A stretch of 64,000 nucleotides of DNA from an uncultured Verrucomicrobiae bacterium (lineage in GTDB: Bacteria > Verrucomicrobiota > Verrucomicrobiia > Limisphaerales > Palsa-1400): positions 2,336,001 through 2,400,000 of the forward strand of contig CAVXRD010000002.1 in the NCBI GenBank assembly GCA_963764165.1. The letters run 5' to 3'. The notes beneath the pieces are model-generated. The model was given only the letters and a program-made list of their open reading frames with translations, was not told the DNA's origin and did no database searches. The position numbers were made by a program, and so were the translations under genes. Shown in pieces: positions 27,003 through 36,559 of this stretch (positions are counted from its first letter, which is position 1; each line of letters starts with the position of its first letter).

Positions 27003-28244
27003 ATGACGATTCAAAACTTGAAACACACGGCCTGCCGAGGCGCGGCCTTGATTGCATGCGCCCTCGCGATTCCCGCGCTGGCCCAGGGAACTGGTGGCCG
27101 CGGCGGCGGCGGCGGCGGCGGAAACTTTGGCGGCGGCGCAGGAGGAGGAGGCGGCGGCGGCGGGCGCGCCGGGACGGCCAGCACGGCCACCACCAGCGCC
27201 ATTGACCGCCCCGGCAACGGCCAGATTGGCTCCGCCAACTTTTATGTCGACAGGGATACCGGCCAGGTTTTCGTCATTGCCGATGATCAGACACTGATGA
27301 GTGTCAGCAATGTCGTCGCCGGCCTGGCCAAGCCCAAGCCGCAGGTCTTGATCAAGGTCGTCTTCCTTGAAGCCACCTACAACAAGGGCTACGACGTTGG
27401 AATTGAAGGCGGCGTGACCAAGAACATCAACGCCAGCACATCGCTGAGCGCGTCCAACTTGTTTGGCCTGGCCTCGCAGGGTGTGACTCCCACCTCGGGC
27501 GTCAACACGCTGCCGGGAGCCGGCCTGTATACCATCGCCGGCAATAACTGGGAAGCGACGGTTCGCGCCATTGCTGAGCACGCGCACGTTGAAGTTCTCT
27601 CCCGTCCGACCATCCTGGCCCGCCATAACCAGATGGCAACCATTCAGGTTGGCCAGAATGTCCCGCTCATCACCAGCGTCAACTTCGGCGCGCTGGGCAA
27701 CCAGGAAAACGGCATCACGTATTCACCGGTCGGCATCATTTTGAACGTGACGCCCTTTATCGGCTCCGACGGCACCGTGGAAATGATATTGAACCCGCAA
27801 ATCTCGGCGGTGGACCCAACCTTGTCGCAGGCGGTTTCCTACACCACCAACGGCACGGCCATCACCGCGCCTTACATTGATATTGAATCGGCCAATACAG
27901 TGGTCGCCACACCCGACGGCCAGACAGTCGTCATCGGCGGCTTGATGAAAAACAGCAAGTCCGACACGGACAGCAAAATTCCGCTGCTGGGCGACATTCC
28001 GGGCCTGGGCGCGCTGTTTCATCATAAAGTTCACTATATCGCCAAGCAGGAGCTGATCATTATGCTGACACCGTATGTGGTGCGGACGCCCGCCGACCTG
28101 GCCCGCATGAGCTCCGACGAGCGCGGCCGCACTGAGATGGCGCCGAAGGCTTTCACGGAGAAGGAAATGAACCGGTATCTGGAAGGCGGCAAACCGACCC
28201 TGGCCCCGGAGCCGGCGCCGCCGGTTGCCATTCCTCCACGATAA
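27003..28244 (+). CDS. gspD: Secretin core (GspD C-terminal domain) protein with its own signal peptide
   Basis: PQVLIKV, VLSRPTI, VGIILNVTP, DGQTVVIGGL, KIPLLGDIPGLGALF, ELIIMLTP. Confidence 0.85.
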   Translation: MTIQNLKHTACRGAALIACALAIPALAQGTGGRGGGGGGGNFGGGAGGGGGGGGRAGTASTATTSAIDRPGNGQIGSANFYVDRDTGQVFVIADDQTLMSVSNVVAGLAKPKPQVLIKVVFLEATYNKGYDVGIEGGVTKNINASTSLSASNLFGLASQGVTPTSGVNTLPGAGLYTIAGNNWEATVRAIAEHAHVEVLSRPTILARHNQMATIQVGQNVPLITSVNFGALGNQENGITYSPVGIILNVTPFIGSDGTVEMILNPQISAVDPTLSQAVSYTTNGTAITAPYIDIESANTVVATPDGQTVVIGGLMKNSKSDTDSKIPLLGDIPGLGALFHHKVHYIAKQELIIMLTPYVVRTPADLARMSSDERGRTEMAPKAFTEKEMNRYLEGGKPTLAPEPAPPVAIPPR

Positions 28245-28258
28245 GATTAATTTGACTC

Positions 28259-29719
28259 ATGATCACCGTTCGCAGCTGGGGAATTTACGCGATGCTGGCG
28301 GCCATTTGGGGCGGCCTGCTGGGGTGGCAGGCGGCTGAGCACCTGCGTGTCCGCAAACAACTGCACGATCATTTGACAGACGTCGCCCACGCGAAGGTCG
28401 ACAGCTATGCCAAGCTCATGCGCTCCCGGAGGTTTTCCGGCGGCGTCATCGGCAAGGAGCGGCTCGAGGGCGCCCTGGACATGATGGTCGACAACCTGGA
28501 AATCCGGGCCGTCGAACTGCTCAATAACGCCAATCATGTCGTCGCCGCCGCTGGCGCGACCAATTTTTCGCTCCCGCCCGACAATGAATTCAACCACGCC
28601 GCCTACTTCGGCGGTGGCACGGCGATTCTGAAGTATCCGATGGATTTGGGGACAAACCTCGGCACGAATCTCATGGCCGAACTTATTATTCCCGGCGAAG
28701 AATTCCGCTCTCTCAACAGCAATTTGCTGGCGGCCGCTTCCAACACGATTCCTTCCATTCCCGCCACCACCAATCGTCCACCGCGCGGCGAGCGTCCGCG
28801 TTTTGATCTTAGCCACGAGCGGCCATACTGGATGACGGAGGATCAATACACTCGTTTAATTGACAGCAAAACAGCCCACACGTTTGTGGTGGTGCTTGCC
28901 GCCGGGCAGACCATTGAGGCGGAGCACAGTGATCTTTTGACCCGCATTGTTGTTTGCCTGCTGGGCACCATTGGAATAGCCGGTTACGCGGTGGGATGGC
29001 GCGCGATGGTTAAGACTTCCGAGCTGCAAGTGCGCCTCGTGCGGGCGAGCGAGCAGAACACGCACTTGAAGGAATTGAGCGTGGCCGCCGCCGGGCTGGC
29101 CCACGAAACGCGCAACCCCCTTAACATCATTCGCGGCCTCGCCCAGCTTATCGGCAAGCAATCGGGCGTGCCGCCGGAAATTTCCTCCAAGGCGCACGAA
29201 ATCGTCGATGAAACCGACCGCGTCACAGCGCAGTTGAACGAGTTCATCAATTACTCGCGCCCGCGCGAAGTCCGCCGCGCGCCGACAGATCTCGCGGCAG
29301 TGGCGGGAGAAGTTGCGCACGCGTTGAAATTCGACATCGAAGAAAAAAAGATTCAGCTCGAAGTGCTGGTCGAATCGGTGGTCATCGAAGCCGACGAACA
29401 GCTTTTGCGCCAGGCGCTTTTCAATCTTGTGTTGAACTCGATCCAAGCCGCCCGCCCCGCAGGCGTCATTCGCGTCCGCGCCAGCCGCCGCAGCACCGAG
29501 GAGGCGTTTATCGAAATCTCCGACAACGGCCCCGGAGTGCCCGTGGAAAATCGGGCCGAGATTTTCAAACCGTATTTTACAACCCACGCGGAAGGCACCG
29601 GACTTGGGCTGGCCGTCGTGCAGCAAATTGTGCTCGCTCACGGCTGGGAAATCGAATGCTTGGGCAACGAGCCGGCGGGTGCGCTTTTCCGGATTTCCCA
29701 CGTGAAATTGAAAACATAA
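28259..29719 (+). CDS. Membrane sensor histidine kinase
   Basis: Two TM segments, AHETRNPL H-box, N box, DNGPG, GTGLGL. Confidence 0.92.
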   Translation: MITVRSWGIYAMLAAIWGGLLGWQAAEHLRVRKQLHDHLTDVAHAKVDSYAKLMRSRRFSGGVIGKERLEGALDMMVDNLEIRAVELLNNANHVVAAAGATNFSLPPDNEFNHAAYFGGGTAILKYPMDLGTNLGTNLMAELIIPGEEFRSLNSNLLAAASNTIPSIPATTNRPPRGERPRFDLSHERPYWMTEDQYTRLIDSKTAHTFVVVLAAGQTIEAEHSDLLTRIVVCLLGTIGIAGYAVGWRAMVKTSELQVRLVRASEQNTHLKELSVAAAGLAHETRNPLNIIRGLAQLIGKQSGVPPEISSKAHEIVDETDRVTAQLNEFINYSRPREVRRAPTDLAAVAGEVAHALKFDIEEKKIQLEVLVESVVIEADEQLLRQALFNLVLNSIQAARPAGVIRVRASRRSTEEAFIEISDNGPGVPVENRAEIFKPYFTTHAEGTGLGLAVVQQIVLAHGWEIECLGNEPAGALFRISHVKLKT

Positions 29720-29735
29720 TTGCAAAAAGGAACCC

Positions 29736-31130
29736 ATGCCGCCGGCACCGCCAGATCACCATCCAGACTCGCCCCGCCTTCTCATCGTGGACGATGATGC
29801 CGGCCAGCGCAGTCTGCTGAATTCGTTTCTGGCCAGCCAGGGTTTTGACACTGTGCCCGTTTCCACCGGCCAGCGCGCCCTCGAAATTTTGCGCGAGCAA
29901 AAAATCGACATGATGATTTCCGATGTCCGCATGCCCGGCTTGACCGGCTTGGAGACGCTGCGGCTGGCGCGCAAGGAGCACGGCTCATTTCCAATCCTGC
30001 TGGTCACTGCCTACGCAGACGTCCGCGACGCGGTCGGCGCGATGCGCGATGGCGCTGTCAATTATCTTTCCAAGCCCATCGACCTTGATGAGCTGCTCGT
30101 TTCCGTCCGGCAGGCGACCGGCCTCTCGCAAACCACGCCGCTGAAATTTGACAAGAACAAGCAGTTGCCGGCGAACATCATTGCGGCCAGCCCGCTGATG
30201 CAGGCGCTGTTCCAGGATATTTCGCTCATCGCGGCTTCCGAAAGCCGTGTGCTGATCACGGGAGAGAGTGGCGCCGGCAAGGAAGTCGTGGCCGATGTCA
30301 TTCACGCCTGGAGCACGCGCGCGGCGGGCGCGTTGATCAAAGTCAACTGCGCCGCCATCCCGGAAACGCTGCTCGAGAGTGAATTGTTCGGGCACGAAAA
30401 AGGCGCCTTCACCGGCGCCACCGCACAGCGCAAAGGCCGCTTTGAAATGGCGGACGGCGGCACCATCTTTCTCGACGAAATCGCCGACATGGCCCCCCAG
30501 CTCCAGGCCAAGCTGCTGCGCGTCGCGCAAAACGGCAGCTTCCAGCGCATCGGCTCCAACACGGAAATTCATTCGGACGCGCGCATTCTCGCCGCGACCA
30601 ATCGCCACCTTGAAGATGAAGTGAAAGCAGGGCGGTTTCGCGAGGATTTGTTCTGGCGCCTGAATGTGGCCGAGCTGACCGTCCCGCCGCTGCGCGAACG
30701 GCGTGAAGATATTCTTCCTCTCGCGCATTCGATGCTCGCCTCGCTGACGCAGAATCACGCCCGGCTTTCCGCCGCCGTTTCCAACTGTTTGGAAAATTAC
30801 GCCTGGCCGGGAAACGTCCGCGAGCTTCGCAACGCGATGGAGCGCGCGGCGCTGCTGTGCCGCGGCGACCTGATTGTGCTCGAACATTTGCCCGCGCGCA
30901 TTCGTCCGGGGGCATCGGCCTCCATCACGCTCGCCACCACCGAGGCCAAGAGCCTGGATGATGTGGAATCGCAGGCCGTCTTGCAGGCCCTGCGCAAAAA
31001 TGATTTCAATCGCACCGCCACCGCCAAGGCTTTGGGCATCAGCCGCCGCGCTTTAATCTACAAGCTGCAGCGCCTGCGTGAACAAGGCCATGTCGTCGAC
31101 GGCCCCTCCAAAACCGACACGAACACATAA
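29736..31130 (+). CDS. Sigma-54-dependent response regulator (NtrC/AtoC family)
   Basis: Receiver domain, GESGAGKE, ESELFGHEKGAFTGA, WPGNVREL, Fis-type HTH. Confidence 0.95.
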   Translation: MPPAPPDHHPDSPRLLIVDDDAGQRSLLNSFLASQGFDTVPVSTGQRALEILREQKIDMMISDVRMPGLTGLETLRLARKEHGSFPILLVTAYADVRDAVGAMRDGAVNYLSKPIDLDELLVSVRQATGLSQTTPLKFDKNKQLPANIIAASPLMQALFQDISLIAASESRVLITGESGAGKEVVADVIHAWSTRAAGALIKVNCAAIPETLLESELFGHEKGAFTGATAQRKGRFEMADGGTIFLDEIADMAPQLQAKLLRVAQNGSFQRIGSNTEIHSDARILAATNRHLEDEVKAGRFREDLFWRLNVAELTVPPLRERREDILPLAHSMLASLTQNHARLSAAVSNCLENYAWPGNVRELRNAMERAALLCRGDLIVLEHLPARIRPGASASITLATTEAKSLDDVESQAVLQALRKNDFNRTATAKALGISRRALIYKLQRLREQGHVVDGPSKTDTNT

Positions 31131-31144
31131 CAAAAAACGTAAGC

Positions 31145-31888
31145 ATGAAAGGACCTGTAATGAAATCTCTATTAGCGTATTCCGTGGCATTCTTCGCCGC
31201 CGCCTCATTGATGGCGGCCGACAAGGATGATGTGACAAGCGCCGCCCAGAAATTGGCCGCCGCCGACAATTATAGCTGGACCACGACGACCGAGGGCGGC
31301 CGCGGACCCGGCGGCCCAATGGAAGCCAAAACCCAGAAGGACGGCCTCATCTGGACGAAAATGACCAGGGGCGAAAACACGATGGAAGCTTACATCAAGA
31401 GTGGCAAAGCTGCCTACAAGGGCGCGGATGGCTGGACAAATGCTGACCTGACCGCAACTCCTCAACGCGGCGGCGGAAATGGTGGCGGTGGCGGCGGCGG
31501 TGGTCGCGGGGCCCGGAATCTGGCCATGGCCTTGCGCAATCTGAAGGCCCCCTCCTCGGAAGTCACCGATCTGATCGGCAAGACCAAGGAAATCGCCAAG
31601 GTCGGCGACGCCTACGCGGGTGATCTTACCGAAGAGGGCGCGAAGTCGATGTTGACGATGGGCGGGGGACGCCGGGGCGGCGCGGCGCCCGCCATTTCGG
31701 GCGCCAAGGGTTCCGTCAAGTTCTGGATCAAGGACGGCATCATCACCAAGTATCAAGTGAAAGTCTCCGGCACGGTCACCTTCAACGGCAATGACAACGA
31801 CGTTGATCGCACCACCACCGTTGAAATCAAAGACGTCGGCACAACCAAGATCACTGTGCCGGACGAAGCCAAGAGCAAATTGAGCTAA
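31145..31888 (+). CDS. Secreted hypothetical protein (paralog 1)
   Basis: Signal peptide (probable start at the second Met, 31160). Clear similarity to the next ORF. Confidence 0.8.
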   Translation: MKGPVMKSLLAYSVAFFAAASLMAADKDDVTSAAQKLAAADNYSWTTTTEGGRGPGGPMEAKTQKDGLIWTKMTRGENTMEAYIKSGKAAYKGADGWTNADLTATPQRGGGNGGGGGGGGRGARNLAMALRNLKAPSSEVTDLIGKTKEIAKVGDAYAGDLTEEGAKSMLTMGGGRRGGAAPAISGAKGSVKFWIKDGIITKYQVKVSGTVTFNGNDNDVDRTTTVEIKDVGTTKITVPDEAKSKLS

Positions 31889-31924
31889 GGCGATGGTTTT
31901 CGCGTCAATCATGCGACGAAAATT

Positions 31925-32629
31925 ATGAAGTCACTTCTCGCCTGCTCCGCCGCCCTTTTTGCCGCCGCGTCTCTAATGGCGGCGGACAAGGACGACGTCA
32001 AGAGCGCCGCCCAGAAATTGGCCGACGCCGAAAACTACAGTTGGACCTCCACCTTGGAGAGTCCGCAATTCAGCCCGCCTCCAACGCAGGGCAAGACCCA
32101 GAAGGACGGTCTTGTGTCGTTGAAGGGCGCATTCCGCGACACCTCATGGGAAGCCATTGCCAAGGCAGGCAAAGGCGCTGTCAAGGACGACGAGGGCTGG
32201 CACTCATTGGATGAGGAGGCCAAGGACGGCGGGAACGGCGGATTTAACATGCGCGGATTCCTCAAGGTCTACTTGCGCACTTACAAAGCTCCCGCGGCCA
32301 ACGCGGCGGACCTGGTCGACAAATGCAGCGCGATCACAAAGTCTGGCGACACCTACACGGGCGACCTGACCGAAGACGGCACCAAAAGCCTCATGACCAT
32401 GGCGGGGCGCGGCGGCGGCAAGGGCCCTGAGATCAGCAAAGCGAAAGGCACCGTCAAATTCTGGGTGAAAGACGGCGTGCTGACCAAATTCCAAACCAAA
32501 GTCTCCGGATCAATGAAAGACCGCGACGGCGATGACATGGATGTCGACCGCACCACCACGATTGAAATCAAGGACGTGGGGGCGACCAAACTTGCAGTCC
32601 CCGACGAGGCTCTGAAGAAACTGAGTTGA
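31925..32629 (+). CDS. Secreted hypothetical protein (paralog 2)
   Basis: AADKDDV.SAAQKLA.A.NYSW...KFW.KDG...VDRTTT.EIKDVG shared with paralog 1. Confidence 0.8.
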   Translation: MKSLLACSAALFAAASLMAADKDDVKSAAQKLADAENYSWTSTLESPQFSPPPTQGKTQKDGLVSLKGAFRDTSWEAIAKAGKGAVKDDEGWHSLDEEAKDGGNGGFNMRGFLKVYLRTYKAPAANAADLVDKCSAITKSGDTYTGDLTEDGTKSLMTMAGRGGGKGPEISKAKGTVKFWVKDGVLTKFQTKVSGSMKDRDGDDMDVDRTTTIEIKDVGATKLAVPDEALKKLS

Positions 32630-32652
32630 GCCGGGAAACTTAATAAATTACG

Positions 32653-32682
32653 AAAGCCGCAGGCGAATAACCTGCGGCTTTT
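32653..32682. terminator. Bidirectional rho-independent terminator
   Basis: AAAGCCGCAGG-cgaataa-CCTGCGGCTTTT between the convergent operon and tRNA. Confidence 0.8.
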
Positions 32683-32700
32683 ACAAATTTGAAGGCCGAT

Positions 32701-32788
32701 TGGTGCCGGAGGCGGGACTCGAACCCGCACGTCCTGTTACGGACCCAGGATTTTAAGTCCTGTGCGTCTGCCATTTCGCCACTCCGGC
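32701..32788 (-). tRNA. tRNA-Leu (TAA)
   Basis: GCCGGAGTGGCGAAATGGCAGACGCACAGGACTTAAAATCCTG...GGTTCGAGTCCCGCCTCCGGCACCA with long variable arm and encoded CCA. Confidence 0.97.
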
Positions 32789-32869
32789 CACCCTGATTTT
32801 ACGAGGTAAATTGCATTTTCCTGAGATCGTTGTTTGACATTGCGACACTTTTTGTGACACTGTTACGGT

Positions 32870-34084
32870 ATGAAACCTATTGAAACCGTAAGCAATCAAG
32901 CAACAGCCGCTAATGTTCGTTCTTCTCATTCGCGGTTCAAGTATAAGAAGGTCTTGGACGGGCGCAAGCAACCAATCCGGGGACTTTGGGAGCGCAACGG
33001 TAGATTTATTGCGCGGATCGCCGTTGAAGATACGGACGGCATGAAACGCACGCGCTGGGTGCCCCTGGATGGCGCGGAGACGGTTCCCCAAGCATTGGAG
33101 CGGCTAAAGGGGCTTCATGTTGACCGGACGCGCAACGCCCTGCCTGTGCTCAAGCGCGGGCCGACGTTCGCGGCCTACGCTGACGAATACTTTCAACGGC
33201 TCGCACAGACACCAGACGCTAAACGCCCGGCCACGGTGCAAAAGGAGCGCGGCGCCATCGCCCTTTGGATTGAACACATGGGAGGCATCCGGCTTGAAAA
33301 AATCCGCCGTATCCACATAAACAAGTTTATCGAAAAACGTCAGGCCGCCGGCATTTCCGGGCGCACGGTGAACCTTGACGTGATTGCGCTTCGCAACGTG
33401 TTAAAAAGGGCAATCGACGACGAATGGTTGAAAGTCCTGCCAACGGAGAATATGCGGCCGCTCAAGTGGACACCAAAGACAAGCAAGCTGGTTTCCGAAG
33501 CCGATGTTGACGCCCTGTGCAAAGCCGCGCTTGACGAATCAAAAAACGGGCAGGAGTTCGCGGATTATGTCCGGCTCATGGCCTACACTGGCGCGAGGCG
33601 CGACGAGGCTTTGCGGCTCAAATGGGTGGACGTGGATTTCGAGCGCGGACAAATTACCATTGGCGCGGACGGCTTGAACAAAGGGCGTGAAGTCCGCCAT
33701 GTTGACTTCAACTCGAAGTTAGACAGCCATTTGAAGAACATGGCCACACGACGCGCGCCGGACTCGGAATTCCTGTTTCCATCCCCGCAACGGGGCGACC
33801 AAGACCTTCGCACCAAGACGTTCAAGAATAGCCTTTGGATCGCCCGAAACAAAGCCCGGTTGCCGCAATTCAAGTTTCACGATTGCCGCCATTTTTTCAT
33901 CAGCCATTCCGTCATGTCCGGCGTGGATTTTATGACCATTGCCAAGTGGGTTGGCCACAAAGACGGCGGCGTCCTGATCGGCAAAGTCTATGGGCACCTT
34001 GCTGACGCCCACACCAAGCGGCAGGCGCAAAAGCTGAACTTCGGTCCGGCGATTATGACGCTGCCGGAGCTGGCTACGGCCTGA
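32870..34084 (+). CDS. Tyrosine recombinase/integrase
   Basis: YTGARRDE, HDCRH, WVGHKD and KVYGH catalytic motifs. Next to the att site. Confidence 0.95.
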   Translation: MKPIETVSNQATAANVRSSHSRFKYKKVLDGRKQPIRGLWERNGRFIARIAVEDTDGMKRTRWVPLDGAETVPQALERLKGLHVDRTRNALPVLKRGPTFAAYADEYFQRLAQTPDAKRPATVQKERGAIALWIEHMGGIRLEKIRRIHINKFIEKRQAAGISGRTVNLDVIALRNVLKRAIDDEWLKVLPTENMRPLKWTPKTSKLVSEADVDALCKAALDESKNGQEFADYVRLMAYTGARRDEALRLKWVDVDFERGQITIGADGLNKGREVRHVDFNSKLDSHLKNMATRRAPDSEFLFPSPQRGDQDLRTKTFKNSLWIARNKARLPQFKFHDCRHFFISHSVMSGVDFMTIAKWVGHKDGGVLIGKVYGHLADAHTKRQAQKLNFGPAIMTLPELATA

Positions 34085-34167
34085 CGGCGGCTAGGTACGT
34101 ACCACCACGGGCAGGTGATTTCCGGTTGCGCTATATCACGGTGGGGCTACGATGCTGGCCAACCTGT

Positions 34168-34362
34168 ATGGCCAAAAAAACGGAAACAACGGCGAAAAAG
34201 ACCGTGGCCAAGAATCTCAGGGCCGAGATCAGCGAGACGTTGATCGAAGCCTACTGCGGCACCGTGTCGCTACCGTTTCCGTCCAGCAAGCATGGCCGCG
34301 TGGCCGTGAAGATCGTGGACGACTGGGGGGGCGAGAGCTTGAAGATTCTGGAGATGCAATAA
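34168..34362 (+). pseudogene. Remnant of a type III R-M-associated DNA methyltransferase (C-terminus)
   Basis: LRAEISETLIEAYCGTVSLPF...RVAVKIVDD.G.ESLKI resembles the C-terminus of such methyltransferases. Confidence 0.65.
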
Positions 34363-34373
34363 GCAATACCAGT

Positions 34374-36275
34374 ATGGCGTTCGACATCGTCCAAATCACC
34401 GACCTTACGGAAGGAATCGATTTTGAAGCGAAGAAAGCCGCTGGTCGCGACGGACAAGGCCAACTGCCTGACAGTTTTTTCTCAACCTACTCCGCTATGG
34501 CGAACACTGAGGGCGGAGTAGTATTATTTGGCATTGAAGAGGTCGCCATCGACCAGTTTGAGATTTTCGGAGTTATTAATCCAAACAAGGTCATCAAAGA
34601 ATTGTGGAGCGGCCTGAACAACAAACAGAAGGTCAGTTCAAATATTCTGACTGAACGTGATGTTCAGACCATTGAGGTTGAGGGCAAAAAAGTCATTCAG
34701 ATCATTATTCCGCGAGCAACTCGGTTTCAGTTGCCAGTGTACCTAGGCAAAAATCCTTTGGTCGGTACTTTCCGGCGACACGGCGACGGAGACTTTCGTT
34801 GTGACGAAGAGACGGTGAAGCGAATGCTGGCCGACCAGGTGGAAGACGCCCGCGACGCCAAGCTGCTCGAAAAGTTCGCCTTTGAAGACTTGAATCTCCC
34901 AACATTGCGCGCCTACCGGAGCGCCTTCAAAACCGTCAAGCCCGATCATCCTTGGGTTGATTTAGAAAACGACGAATTTCTACGAAATATCGGCGGTTGG
35001 ACGATAAACCGTGAAACCAAGCGCGAGGGGCTGACTCTGGCCGGTTTACTGATGTTCGGTAAACTTCGTTCTATTCTCGATGCCGTTCCGAACTACGTGG
35101 TGGACTACCAGGAACGACCGCCCGAGGCGCGAGAGGACAGCGACCGCCGATGGATTGACCGAGTAACAACTGACGGGTCATGGTCGGGTAATCTCTACGA
35201 TTTTTATCGCATAGTCATTCTGCGACTGACCCACGGTTTGAAAATCCCGTTCAAGCTGAAAGGCAATACCCGGATTGATGATACTCCAATCCACGAGGCG
35301 TTTCGTGAAGCCCTCACAAACACTATCATTCATGCGGATTTTACAGGGCGCGTTTCTCTCTATGTTGTCAAACGCCAGGATATGTTTGGTTTCCGAAATC
35401 CAGGATTGATGCGTGTCCCACTCTATTTGGCGATTCGCGGCGGACAAAGCGATTGTCGAAACCGGAACTTGCAAAAAATGTTTCAGTTAGCCGGGCTGGC
35501 AGAACAGGCCGGGTCAGGTTTGCCGAAGGTTTATCGCAACTGGACTAAACAGCACTGGCGCAGACCTGAACTGATCGAGCAACACGACCCGGACCAGACG
35601 ATATTACGACTGCGGATGGTGAGTCTCCTCCCGGAGGACACGTTGACGGAATTGGACGCGAGATTCGGAAAGCGTTTCCGTGAACTTCCTGAAACCGCCC
35701 GGCTCGCGCTGGCAACTGTGGCTGTTGAAAAAAGCGTCACGCACGCACGACTCAAGGAAATGTCCGCCGATCATCCGAAGGACTTATCAAAGACGTTGGC
35801 AAGTTTGGTGGAGGATGGCTTCCTAATTTCACGAGGCGCAACGCGTGGAACCATTTACTTTTTCAAGGATACGGTGCCTGACGCCACCTCAGACGGTTTG
35901 GTTTCGGGCTTCGGCCCCGTACAAGAAGGGGGGGACTCCCAACATTTGCCCGCGGACTCCCAACATTTGCCTGCGGACTCCCAACATTTACGTGCGAGCG
36001 TTGAAAGGTGGCACCTCTTAAAGGAAATGGCTCGACCGGTTCAGGAGAAGGGAAAGGTGCCGCGCCGGGTCGTTGAGGACACCATCATAAAACTGTGCAA
36101 TGGGGATTTTCTCACCGTGAGGAATCTGGCTGAATTACTAAACCGCGACTCAAACTCCCTGCTGAATCATTATCTCAAGGACATGGTTGCGAGTGGCGGG
36201 TTGGAACTTCGATTCGCGGACAAGCCAAATCATCCACAACAGGCATATCGAACAAAAGCGACTCCCGCGTCCTAA
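34374..36275 (+). CDS. AlbA_2/Schlafen domain + HATPase_c_4 + winged-helix protein
   Basis: EGIDFEAKKA, YSAMANTEGGVVLFG, REALTNTIIHADF, RNRNLQKMF, EQAGSGLPKV, PNHPQQAY. Confidence 0.85.
   Translation: MAFDIVQITDLTEGIDFEAKKAAGRDGQGQLPDSFFSTYSAMANTEGGVVLFGIEEVAIDQFEIFGVINPNKVIKELWSGLNNKQKVSSNILTERDVQTIEVEGKKVIQIIIPRATRFQLPVYLGKNPLVGTFRRHGDGDFRCDEETVKRMLADQVEDARDAKLLEKFAFEDLNLPTLRAYRSAFKTVKPDHPWVDLENDEFLRNIGGWTINRETKREGLTLAGLLMFGKLRSILDAVPNYVVDYQERPPEAREDSDRRWIDRVTTDGSWSGNLYDFYRIVILRLTHGLKIPFKLKGNTRIDDTPIHEAFREALTNTIIHADFTGRVSLYVVKRQDMFGFRNPGLMRVPLYLAIRGGQSDCRNRNLQKMFQLAGLAEQAGSGLPKVYRNWTKQHWRRPELIEQHDPDQTILRLRMVSLLPEDTLTELDARFGKRFRELPETARLALATVAVEKSVTHARLKEMSADHPKDLSKTLASLVEDGFLISRGATRGTIYFFKDTVPDATSDGLVSGFGPVQEGGDSQHLPADSQHLPADSQHLRASVERWHLLKEMARPVQEKGKVPRRVVEDTIIKLCNGDFLTVRNLAELLNRDSNSLLNHYLKDMVASGGLELRFADKPNHPQQAYRTKATPAS
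35933..35989 (+). repeat. 21-bp tandem repeat x~3 encoding DSQHLPA
   Basis: ggactcccaacatttgcc(c/t)gc repeated. Confidence 0.9.
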
Positions 36276-36276
36276 A

Positions 36277-36559
36277 ATGCCCACCGGCATCACCCATCTT
36301 ATCGTCAATTCGCCCTACGATGAACCAAAGCATCATTGGCATTATCGCCGGGTGACACAGAAATTTTTCACTCAAACCGACGAAAAGCTCAAGAAGCGAC
36401 TCACCGTGGATAAGCGGGGAGCAAAAAGCGACGAGGCTCGCCGAGTGGGTGAAGGCTGTCAACAAACACGGCGGATTCGGAAAATGGGTTTCGGAAATAT
36501 GCTTCAATCCATCCGACTTGCCGACGGTCATTTGCGCGGCGGCGGCGGTTTCGGGCTAG
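36277..36559 (+). pseudogene. Internally deleted type III restriction (Res) subunit
   Basis: N-terminus HLIVNSPYDEPKHHW, followed in a shifted frame by C-terminus EWVKAVNKHGGFGKW. Confidence 0.7.

Noticed and set aside
26185..27170. GGC-rich tandem repeats
   Set aside because: They encode Gly-rich linkers in the secretin proteins and are not independent elements.
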